From contig JARDVH010000001.1 in assembly GCA_030324005.1 (NCBI GenBank), positions 92,569,456-92,629,699 of the forward strand: a DNA stretch of 60,244 bases. Reading direction: 5' to 3'. Origin of the DNA: Negaprion brevirostris. Its lineage: Eukaryota. The position numbers and the translations under genes were made by a program. This document shows positions 49,584 through 60,244 of this stretch, piece by piece. The stretch's first letter is position 1; every line of letters begins with the position of its first letter. A model generated the notes under the pieces. That model saw nothing but the letters and a program-made list of their open reading frames with translations. It made no database searches and was not told where the DNA came from.

Positions 49584-51267
49584 ATAGGTAGTTCTGCTGC
49601 ATCCCACTTGTTGTATGAAGGAATTTCAATTATCTATTATTGAAATTCATGTGATTTGAGGACAGCCATCAGAGTTTAAGATATTACAAGCCTGCAGGCA
49701 TGTGACAATCTAAAGTTTGCACCAAATTTGCACATCATGACCCAAAGAAAGTAGTGATTTCTAATATTTTAAAATTCTTTTCATATATTTTCTACTCAGG
49801 AATGCCAAGGAAGAATTTATAAATTATTGATTAAGAAGTAATTATTTTGATGACAATTTTTAATAATAAATGCACAATTTATGTTTATGTCTGCATGTGA
49901 GTATGTCTGCATTTTTTTTTTACATTCACACCCATTTGTGTTCCTTACATGTATGCCTGTCTGTGTCTCTTATTGCATAGATTCTGTAGATGAGTGCCTG
50001 TACATACATGTGTATAATGGAATCCAAGCAATTCACTTGAGCCACACATTTGAGTGTACAGCAGACATCAGAGTATATACCAGCAATATTAAAATGACAA
50101 CTATACAATACTTCTTGAAGACAAATAGTTTGTAAAGTCTTGCTGAATTACCATAAATTAATTTCAGCAACAAGAAGTTCGGTGGTAGAATTGATTTCAT
50201 ACTTCTATTGAGATATGATGAAAAGCTAAGGACTATTTGAAAAACATGCCAGGTTAGCAGATTTTCCAACCAATTTATGCAAAAGAAGCTTTCTAACAAT
50301 GCCAGAGGTCTGTGCCATTACAAAATAATAGTTATATTGTATAAGGAAATTGATTGATCAAACCTATTTTGTTTAAATGCTTGTTCTCAACATTTTGTGG
50401 GATTGTAATATTACAGTTGAAGCAGATATGTCCAAATATATTCTTGGCTTTGCTGTTGTACCATAAATCTACAAAATGCTTTGACTGAGGTGAGCAAAAA
50501 AAATCTAGTTGAGGTGCATTTTTATCCTTTTACACGACTGCAGTATTTTATTGCAAGTGCCGTGTATTGATTTAACTTTTGATTTGATGATTTTATAATG
50601 TAAGCCATTGTGTGTTATTTAATACATGCCAATAGCCTTTTTGACCCCGATAACTTAAAAAAACTTTCTTGCAATCGCTAAAAAATGTCCATAAATCTTG
50701 CAGTAGCTCAGCATAGGTAGTTCTGCTGCTTCCCACTTGCCATATGAAGGAATTCCAATTATCTACATTTGAAATTCATGTGATTCAAGGACAGCCATCA
50801 GAGTTTAAGATATTACAAGCCTGCAGGCATATGACAATCTAAAGTTTGCACCAACTTTGCACATCATGACTCAAAGAAAGTAATGGTTTCTAATATTTTA
50901 AAATTCTTTTCATACATTTTCTACTCAGGAATGCCAAGGAAGAATTTATAGGTTATTGGTTAAGAAATAATTATTTTGATGAAAATTTTTAATAATAAAT
51001 GCACAATTTGTGTTTATGTCTGCATGTGAATATGTCTGCATGTTTTTTTACATTCACACCCATTTGTGTTCCTTGCATGCATGCCTGTCTGTGTCTCTTA
51101 CATGGAGATGCCAATGTTGGACTGGGATAAACACAGTAAGAAATCACACAACACCAGATTAAAGTCCTGTTAAAGTCCTGTTAGACTTTAACCTGGTGTT
51201 GTGAGACTTCTTACTGTGTGTCTTTTACTGCATAGACTCCGTAGATGAGTACCTGTACATACACGTG
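49584..51267 (+). repeat. Local direct duplication: copy 1 at 49584-50013, copy 2 at 50713-51267
   Basis: About 430 bp colinear with scattered substitutions. Copy 2 carries an extra insert at 51101-51216. Confidence 0.92.
51101..51216. mobile_element. Internally deleted copy of the 34757-34950 inverted-repeat element, with ~11-bp TSD
   Basis: cacagtaagaaatcacacaacaccagattaaagtc ... gactttaacctggtgttgtgagacttcttactg, flanked by tgtgtctctta (51090-51100) and tgtgtctttta (51217-51227). Confidence 0.8.
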
Positions 51268-51635
51268 TGTGGCTGTGTTTGCATGTGTGTCTGTATCTTC
51301 ATGTGTAAGAGACAAAGTGGCAATGCAAGCTCCATTAGAATGTAGCAGAAACAAGAAGATATTGGGGATGGAGTTGTACTGTGCCTGTGATAATGGTAGA
51401 GATGGCAGGTGTGGAGGGTTCTATCTCTTAAATGTGGTGGGGGATGATTAAAAAATGGGAGTAGTTCTTGGACAGGAATGATGACTGGTTCAAGGGCATG
51501 GAAAGGGAAGAAACAGCACTGTAAATATTAATTACNNNNNNNNNNNNNNNNNNNNNNNNNNNNNNNNNNNNNNNNNNNNNNNNNNNNNNNNNNNNNNNNN
51601 NNNNNNNNNNNNNNNNNNNNNNNNNNNNNNNNNNN

Positions 51636-51710
51636 GGGTGGGATTGTGGTCTGTGGAGACTCGATTGGCCAAAAGGCCTCTTTCTGCACCGTAGGGGTTC
51701 TATGATTCTA
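51636..51710 (+). mobile_element. HE1-like SINE 3' tail (body lost in the adjacent gap)
   Basis: gggtgggattgtggtc...gactcgattggcc...ttctgcaccgtaggggttctatgattcta. Confidence 0.8.
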
Positions 51711-52659
51711 AGTTACAGGCCCACGTGGCTATAAGAAATTCTGGCATTGTGGAAAAACAACTTTAACCAAAAAACATATTTGCTTGATTGAAGATCTTTC
51801 AGCATATTAAAAGTTAAATTTCTGCAGACCATTCAGACACAATCTTTTCTCTTGATCCTTGAAGCCACAGGCAAAATGGATCATTTACCCATGACCTAAT
51901 TCAGATGCAAGTGGAACTCAGACCTCAAGCCAATCCACTAAATTGATTCCAGTTAGACAATATCAATTTTATATTACATACGTCACTTAAGATTCTACAC
52001 GCAACATTCTTTCTTATGCCACTGTATTTCCTCATTCAGCTGTTTGGTTATCTCTTTCTGCCGTTTGATAAACCTTATTGTTAACACAATTAAATTATGG
52101 CAAAGTACACAAGATTGATAATACTGCAGCATGAGCTATTAATTGGACCCAAGGATTCATTTGTATTATTGGAACCCCAGTTCCAGACATCATCCCACCA
52201 ACTCATTTTCTTTATGTTCTAAATATCCTGACCAATCGTTTGAGCAATTTGTTTCACTTGAATGAAAATTTGATAAGCAGTAGTTCTAATGTACTTCAAA
52301 TGTTCAGGTAGTAAGTTGATAGTAGTATCATATTTCTCAAAGTATTCATCTAGGGTGACTTGATCGAATCAGGCCACCACTCAATACTTGGAAAGAACCT
52401 GCAAAACAGACAGGAGAGACAAAGTGAATGGTCAAATGAAGAGTTTACCCCCAATTTTATCAGTGGTCAGCCGCTCTCTATTTGTAAATGTCACTGATTA
52501 CTGCAATAGTAAACATAAGCATAAATGTGCAAAGATCTGCAAAGTAGCTTCTTCAGTGGACATCTCTCTATTTATTTATCCCCAGTTAGTAATGCTACCT
52601 CTGAAGTAAGAGGTTGTTTATATAAAAGAAGTTTATACTTGGAAGCAAAGTTGCCCATC

Positions 52660-53170
52660 AAATTTGGCTGTTGTATTGCTTCAACCACTATATTACTGTA
52701 AATAAATGATGTGGATTCAAATATAAAAAGCATGATATACAAATTTCTTTTAACACAGTTGAGGGGCTTGGTTAACCATGAACATTGAAGTATTACGTTT
52801 TGCGACTATGCCCCATAGATCCAAACTCAGCATCTACCGTGTTAAACCCTTGAAAAATTTTGTATCGTTCGAAAGACAGCCAGAGGGCACAGGTTCAAGA
52901 TTATTGTGAAAAGAATGAAGGGAGAGATGGAAATATTCCTTTTGGTGCAATTTGTGCTCAGATGATGGAATGCCTTACCAGAAACAATGATCGAAACAGA
53001 ATTTGGAACAAGTTTTATAGAGACTGTGTAAATATTTGAAAAATTGAAGATCAGGAGAGTACGGATTGGGAGAGTGGATCTTCTTTCAGAAATCTTGTGC
53101 AGAGGTACTGTGTGAAATGACATTGTTCTGTGTTGTAGAATGTTATGATTTATGAAGTTAGATGATTCTA
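52660..53170 (+). mobile_element. Degenerate CR1 3' fragment
   Basis: ataaatgatgtggat = INDVD; agagggcacaggttcaagatt = RGHRFKI; tggaatgccttaccagaa = WNALPE; ends in an atgattt/atgattct tail. Confidence 0.65.
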
Positions 53171-53614
53171 TTACAGATTGGGCAGTCACAAGGACTAGTG
53201 GAAGAAATCCAATCGATTGCTTTTAGGCCTTATCTCTAGCTTTGTTATCTAAAGACGTAGAACATAAAAGAGAAAAATCAGACAGGAACTATATCATTGT
53301 CACAACTACAATTGATACGACTTATTTTTGGGAGATGCTATAGCTGCCTATCATTGGGACTATGATGGGAGCTGACATTGGAAGCAATGAACTCGAACTT
53401 GAGTACCATTACTTTGAATCTTGTTCATTTTTCAAGGTGAAGGTGACTATGTTCATCCTCTTGTGTGTTTGGCAGGTGTTTGGCCAAATGGGTTCTGCTG
53501 TAAATAGAACAGAATATCACAGGCAGAATATCTCAGCATTTTGGCAGAGTTGACAGCTCAGAATTTTCTCCCTTTGTATTTTTTTCTCTGTCTGTAATGC
53601 ATTTGTTTTCGACG

Positions 53615-53970
53615 GATGTCATGCTGGTTCATATTTAGTATTGCATGGACAGGAAGCTTTGTGGTATGGACAACTCCAGGCAAAAAGTAAGATCTCCAAG
53701 AACGCACTTTGTGAGTTCCTGTTTGCTGATGACTGTGCATGAGTGGCCAGTTCAGAACTGGACATGCATCTTAACATGGACTCCAATGTTCTCCAATGCA
53801 TGCAACAACTTCAGCCTTATGATCAGCACAAAGAAAATAGGTAAAGTACTAGCCTGCTCCAGGAGAGCTTTTCCCAAGTACAAGGTTTCATTCCATTGCC
53901 ATGGTCAGCTGTTGATAAGTTCACTTATCTCAGCTGCACACTCTCTCGAGCTGTCTAAAGTGATGATAAA
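53615..53970 (+). mobile_element. RTE-clade (BovB-like) LINE reverse transcriptase fragment
   Basis: Reads Y.MDRKL...QLQAKSKISKNALCEFLFADDCA, and later gcatgcaacaacttcagccttatgatcagcacaaagaaaata = ACNNFSLMISTKKI and ttcacttatctc = FTYL. These are typical RTE RT motifs. Confidence 0.8.
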
Positions 53971-53971
53971 T

Positions 53972-55333
53972 AGTCAGCATTACTGATCAAATCTGACTTT
54001 CCAAACTGATTTTACATGTATGTAAATCAGCCATTTTCTAATTGTTATGCAGCACAAGCTCCTGGAGACATCAACTCTTGCTGTAATATTGTTCACAGCC
54101 ACCTCCTGTAATGCTGAGAAAGTGGCTAACCTTCACAAGTTGACCTATACACTAGATAGCAGCAAACTATTCCACCCTAGCCTCAGGCCAGTCAAACTCC
54201 AGCTTGTCTCTACCTGGCATCCACAGTCTCAAAATTGCTAGATAATGACAAGCAGCAGAGCACATGGTCAGGGAATCCCTGAGTGCAGAAGTCAGTTGTA
54301 TTGATCTACATTCACCATGTCTGAGATTAGTTAATACAGTATATTCTGTGGAGCAGGTTAAGGGCATTTCTGGTCTGCATGGCTCAGTGTCATACTGACT
54401 AGCACAATTACTTTATGGAGAGATCAGCTATTATAGGATTCTTCCACCAACAGATTATAATTGATGCAAGGTGTCCAATTTTCCTGTGAGATCCAGTAAA
54501 TAAAATTCAATATCAGTGCAGGTCAAGTCATGTGGTGAAATAACACTTCAATTCACATCATGCAATTCCATCAATGGCATTGTTCACTGGCTGTGCAATC
54601 ACTACTAAGAAAAACAAACTGATCTAGAACAGGGTTACTCTCCCATCCCCCAAAAATCCATATGTTCACTTTCAAGGGCAAAAAATCTTTTGCTTCCAGT
54701 TATCATTGACAAATTCATCATGCATCATTTCCAACCTTATTAAATTATCTGAGCACTTTCATATATTTCTATTTTACCACACCTGTTCAAGTGTTGTCCT
54801 AAAATTATAGAGTGATACATAAGCCAACTCTCTCCATCTAACCTCTACCTGCTCTTTGAAAGAGTGATCCAATTAGTTGCTCTCGTCCACACCCTCTAAT
54901 TCTCTTTTGAAGGTTAATATTGAATTTTCTTCTATCACCATTTCACTTTAATGCTTTCATGCCGTGCATTCCCATACATTAATGAAACAGTATGCCAGTA
55001 ATTAAATTTCTAATGTACAGTTTTATTATAAAGTTACCAGATTTATGAAGAATGCAATTATTGTGTTAAACAAAGTCCTGCTTGGAGCTGATACATATTG
55101 ATTTATGAATAAAAATATTTTTATGTTTTGATTTACAGAGTTGAGGTTAGTTTATGGAATAGATGATTGAATATTGAGCTAATTCCATGTTTCGCTTGCA
55201 GTCCCAGCCCGCAGCTCAGTTGTGGAATTTGCTTGCTTTGATCAGTCAGTGTTACTGATCAAATCTTACTTTCCAAAATTATTTTACATTTATGTAAATC
55301 AGCCATGATCTAATTGCTATGCAGCACAAGCTC
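53972..55333 (+). repeat. 90-bp direct repeat pair (53972-54061 and 55244-55333)
   Basis: agtcag..ttactgatcaaatct.actttccaaa...attttacat.tatgtaaatcagccat...ctaattg.tatgcagcacaagctc occurs twice. Confidence 0.9.
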
Positions 55334-56875
55334 AAGGGGCTGAGTGGCCTAATTGGTATCCAGTATCCCTAGCTACTTGTACTTGGTTGTTATGATCAAC
55401 CAGTTGTATAAGGTTCAATTTTGCACTACTTTTCTTTCAATATTTCATCGTCAGGAAGGAATTTCACAGCTCACGCAAATGCTAAATGACCAAACACTTG
55501 CTGAAAACCATATTTCTGCACTTCTTGATGGACTATCATTAGTAGAAGTGTAACTGAATCAAACATACATGAAGGAAACTGAGATTTGCAGCAAATTCAC
55601 GGCTTTAGAGATAATAACGTTTACATTGCTTCTCTAGAGGCTTTGTGAATCCCTTACTGAACTGAATCCAATAACACCAGAGAACCCTGTAGCCCCAACA
55701 TTGCAACGCAGAATCTTGCATGAGAGGAGGACAATTGCTGGGAAATCATGAGCACACAAGTTAGATATCATGACTTTTAGGTGCAATTTCTTGATCCACT
55801 CCCATTTCCTGATTTAAAAAAAAATCAATTTCAGGGCTTTTATGTGAAATACAGTCAGAAGTGGTGAGAAAACACTTGTTATGAAAAGTTATAAAATGAA
55901 AACGTTGCTTACCAATTGTAAAAATGTGGGAAGAACCAATTTATGGTGTTAACTTGCACATGTATTAACTCTTACCTTGCTCTTCTGTTCCTTGGAATTA
56001 ACTAAACAATAGACGAGAATCACAGGCACTTCCTATACTGCTAACTATTTATGAAAAATGTATGTGCATTGTTTGTTGGTTTTAGAATGACAGTGTTGTT
56101 TTTCTGCAAATACAAACCATAAAATCAGTTTCCCTCCGTGGTTTCATTAGTGCCGCTCTCTGGGGCAAAGAAATGCAGCAATTGACACTTAATCATCAGT
56201 CAGATATAATAATCAAAATGGAACGTGTTCAAATTGATCATTATGGAGCTTTATGTAACTATTTAGTCTACATAGTTAGATCAATATAGTATGAGTTGTA
56301 CTTGTTAAGTATTTAGTTGCTTACTGAGATGGGGATGTTGTTTTGTAATTGATTAAGTTACCAAAGGCACTAGCTTCATTATTTTCCTTATCCTGTGAAT
56401 AGAGCAAGGATACAAATGTGGATGCAAACAGCCTACATTAAACAAATAGTTTTGCAATTTTCCTGGCACCTAACATTCTCATTTTAGTCACTAGCAATAT
56501 GCACAGGAATATTACTATATACAATTCTTGTGTGCAACCTGGTGAATCCTTCAATCAAACAGGTTTGCTGAAAATCATGCAGCTAATACCAAAACAAGCC
56601 AGTTTTGAATGCCTGTAGAGTACATTCTTCTTTTTTGTAGGATTTCAAATTTCAGCGTAATTCAATACCATAACTGGCTTTTGCTGCACTGCCTCTGACA
56701 TTTACCATACTACAGGCAGATCATGAAAAAGGAAATATACATCTGCACTTTTCATATAGATTTTCAAATAGGTAAGTGGTTCAATCTGCACTATAGAATA
56801 TGTACTTGAGCCTTAGTCTGACTGGTAGTTGAACTCAGTAAGTGATTGCACCAGTGTTTTGATGTGTCCATTAGA

Positions 56876-57158
56876 TGGTTAAGATCAAGTGTAGTTTTGG
56901 CATCCTGCACTTGGTTGAAGTCATGAGGTTACATTAAGGCTTCATTCAAAGCAATTTTTTAAAAATGGCATCAAGGTCTTTTGGCTAAGATGCAAATGAG
57001 ATCAAGCTGAGGAGAAGGTACAATGTCTCCTCCAGTTAGCTTGGATCAGCCCAAGGCAGGAAGTGGTGAGCCTGTCTTGTCAGCTTGGATCTGGAATGTC
57101 TCACTTGTGGAGACATTGAATTGGACTTTGATTGGATTGAATTGGATATAAAAAAAAA
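56876..57158 (+). mobile_element. U2-snRNA-fragment-headed, A-tailed short retroelement (unclassified)
   Basis: 56876-56895 matches U2 nt 18-37 (19/20) and 56975-56991 matches U2 nt 11-27 (16/17). A hairpin-rich body follows, then ttgaattgga-type repeats and an A-run. Confidence 0.6.
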
Positions 57159-58134
57159 GAATGATAAGAGTATCTCTTCCTCCAAGGCAGAGGGAAGTTA
57201 TTCAACTGCAGCTTATGTTAGCCAGCTTCAGATGGCCATGCATCCCAAAGTTGCATGGACTTCTTAGAGGTCTTGTTCAACTTCAACTTGTCTTTTCAAT
57301 CTTAGAACATTGTTTTGTTTAGTATAGTTATTGATTATCTGTTCAGCAGAGTTCAGCAGGGTGTGGGGTGGAGTGCTGGGTGTGGGTGCAGGAAAGTTTC
57401 TGACGGGTAAGGATGCTACTGGGAGATATTCCTAGAGTAATTCAATGTGAACAAATCTAAGCCAAATACCAAACTCAGAAATTTCAGCTTTTGGAGTTGC
57501 AATAGATTTTTTTTTAAAAGATAGAAAGAGGAAGAGTAGCCAAAAAAATCTCTGCCAGACATATTTTTATTGATCCCATTAAAGTAAGGCTGGTGAAGGA
57601 GGGAGTGTGGTCGGTGTACGTGTTAGTTTTAAGTGCTAATGGATTTCTGATGCAATATCTTGGTTTTGCTAAGATTCCCATGTGTCCGAGACAGAATTTA
57701 GTCATGTGATTTTACTCACCAGAAGGGACAGGAGTGAGTATGAATTGTTGTTGCCCTTCAGCAATATGGGGATCCCTCAGTTACCTGCCACTGATCAGTT
57801 GCGTATGGGAACTAGGGTTTCAAAACCAGTTTCAAGGGAAGGGCGATGGGAGAAGAGTCCACGGTGGGAAGCCCTAAATTTTGCTTGTGGAACTTAGAGG
57901 GGAGCTCTTGGCCCCATAAAGGAAAGTGAGAAAGCTTAGCTTGAATGTCCACTTTCGCTCCATATCCTCTTCTGACCTAAGGTCACCTGGCACTGAACCA
58001 GCTTCCCTGCTCAATTCAGAGTTAAGATAACACTTGGGGCCCAATGGTATCAAGGGATCCCAATCTGCATAGTTCAGGGAGACCCTTATGGTTTCAAGCA
58101 GGCATCTTTGCTGCCTGATAAGTTAAGATTTAAG

Positions 58135-58512
58135 ATGGGGTGGCCCAGTGATTAGCACTGCTGCCTCACTGTGCCAGGGACCAGGATTCAATTCAGCCTT
58201 AGGTAGTTAGTTATCTGTGTGGAGTTTGTACGTTCTCCCCGTGTCCATGTAAGTTTCTTTCCAGTGCTCCAGTTTTGTCCCACAGTCCAAAGATGCACAG
58301 GGTAAGGTGAATTGGTCATGCTAAATTGCCCCTTAGTGTCCCAAGATGTGTAGGATAGAGGGATAGGCCATGGCAAATGCTTGGGGCTAGGGGGATTGGG
58401 CAGAGGGGGATGGGGGGGTGGGTGTTGACCTTGGTCTCTTGCTCTTTCAGAAAGTCGGTATGGACTCAATGATCCAAATCGCCTCCTTCTGTGGGAGTTC
58501 TATGGTTCTGTG
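58135..58512 (+). mobile_element. HE1-like V-SINE (full length, longer tail variant)
   Basis: ggtggcccagtgattagcactgctgcctcac...tctgtgtggagtttgtacgttctcccc...gctaaattgccccttagtgtc...gcctccttctgtgggagttctatggttctgtga. Confidence 0.85.
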
Positions 58513-59994
58513 ATGGGATCCAGGAATTGACTATGGCACATGAGTCACACTGCCACTTTTAACTGTCAACTTGTCAGGTACACAGGTTTAATATCACCCC
58601 AGTGTTACATTAATATGGACTACGGAAGGGTTGGCTGACCAATCATTCTATAATTCTGGGAAAATAATAGTTGTGATAGCAAGGAGGTAAAGTGAGGGAG
58701 TTGGGGAAGGAGGAAAAGAGTATAGACCAAAGCTGTGCAGAAATTAACGGAGTTGGACTGGCCAACATTTAATTTTATTATTCTCTCCCTCAGAATAATA
58801 CTGCCATTTGTCTGTGTGTTGAATTATTTGCTTCCTTTACACCACACAATTCCTGTCTGAAAGGGCAGTCAAGTATGAATGTCAACCACTTTATTCTAAT
58901 GCTATTAGAATCAGTCAGTCACTGTTATATGGGTTTGGAAGTGCTTGCTATTGATTATTAACCATCAGTTTACCTTGGGCCCACCTGGACATTACTTAAA
59001 CTGCGTTCAACATCTTCTCTGGACTACTTGGTATAGATTAAGGACTCACTCGGTATGTCTTGTAGAGAGCTGCCATAACATACATTTGTGGTATGATGCA
59101 TTATATAGCATGGCACAAACTCTGTTATTATTCTGTTATGACAAGGCAGGGAAGAGTCAAGCTATTTATCTTAAATACAAGGTCTTTGTGCATTCTATTT
59201 GCTGATATATTTTATTGCCAATGTTTTTTGAACATAAGAAACACACGTTGAAAATTTGCTTGACCTAATCTTTCATGAAAAGTGTTTTTTTAACTTGTTC
59301 AGCCTGTGTACTCCATCATAGAGAGATGCCAGGGATAGGCTTTGTGGCAAGTCAGCAACAGACGACCAGGTAAAAGTCAGTAATCAGATTCTTTTGGCTT
59401 GAGATTTTCCAGCCATTCTGGTGTACTCTAACTGTAACTACAATCTGATTCTGCCTATATTGCTGTAAACTCTGTTAGGAGCTGGATATTCGTTGAAGCT
59501 TCCATTGGCTCTGTTTGGGGCAGGACTACCACCTGCTGCAAACAAAGCCCTTGTTAATGGAATTCCCAGCATTCCCACTAATGCTGGGAATCTGAGCTTC
59601 TTCAGCTTCCAGGAGAGAGCCAGCCGGTGTAGTTCTGGAGGCTGATATGTGAATGAGTTGAGTAAAACTGGTTTCCTGAAGCAAACATAGGTTCTGGGCC
59701 AGGGAAGTACCATAGAGTCTCACAGCTAAGGGAAGGTATTTTCCATTTAATGAATCTTTTTACACAAAGTGGGAGAGGGTGATGGGATGAGAAAATGGCC
59801 TTTGTGGGAAGAAGGAAAGTAGGGGTATCTGGGCACATACTTTATCAGATGACAGAAAGCAATGGAACTTGTTGCCTGTGGGGCCCCAATACCCAGGTAC
59901 TCACCAGTCATGAGTAGATTAGATGTGCTTCTCTGGCTAGTATGCTGGAGGCAAATAGCTCGGGCATGATCCACTGCTGGAATCACACTGCTAA

Positions 59995-60244
59995 GCAACT
60001 TAGAGTGATAGAGTACAGAAGTGGCCCTTCAGCCCATAAAGTCTGCATCAACAGAACTATAGTAAGTCTACACTAATCTCACTTTCCAGCACTTGGCCTA
60101 TAGCCTTGAATGTTATGACATTTCAAGTGCTCATCCACATGCTTTTTAAAGCTTGTGAGTTTCCAGTCTCTGCTAACCCCTCAGGCAGTGCATTCCAGGC
60201 TCTCATCAGTGTCAGAGTGGAAAGGTTTTTCCTCAAATCTTCTC
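59995..60244 (-). mobile_element. CR1 LINE 3' end (runs off the right edge)
   Basis: Tail agtacagaagtggcccttcagccc; tcaggcagtgcattcca reads WNALP on the minus strand. Confidence 0.75.

Noticed and set aside
56876-57006. Functional U2 snRNA gene
   Set aside because: Only 17-20-nt pieces of the 5' end are present; the Sm site and 3' stem-loops are absent.

Overview
Vertebrate genomic DNA, very probably a shark or other elasmobranch judging by its SINE and LINE families, with several N gaps. The window holds the 5' end of a SLIT2 orthologue on the minus strand. There is a GC-box/CCAAT promoter at ~46.3 kb and a long 5' leader. Coding exon 1 (45131-45315) is followed by three 72-bp single-LRR exons (43262-43333, 41988-42059, 24643-24714), all with canonical GT-AG sites. 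Intron 4 runs off the left edge, and 46.4-60.2 kb is upstream intergenic DNA. The rest is non-coding and transposon-rich: HE1-like V-SINEs, DeuSINE (SacSINE1-like) copies, another tRNA-headed SINE, CR1, L2 and RTE LINE relics, a PIF/Harbinger transposase relic with MITEs, and Penelope-type palindromic repeats with hammerhead-like cores. The most unusual item is a short A-tailed, hairpin-rich element at 56.9-57.2 kb built from tandem U2 snRNA 5' fragments. Most ORFs in the supplied track are spurious. Repeat family names come from recalled consensus features, not database searches, and repeat boundaries are approximate.
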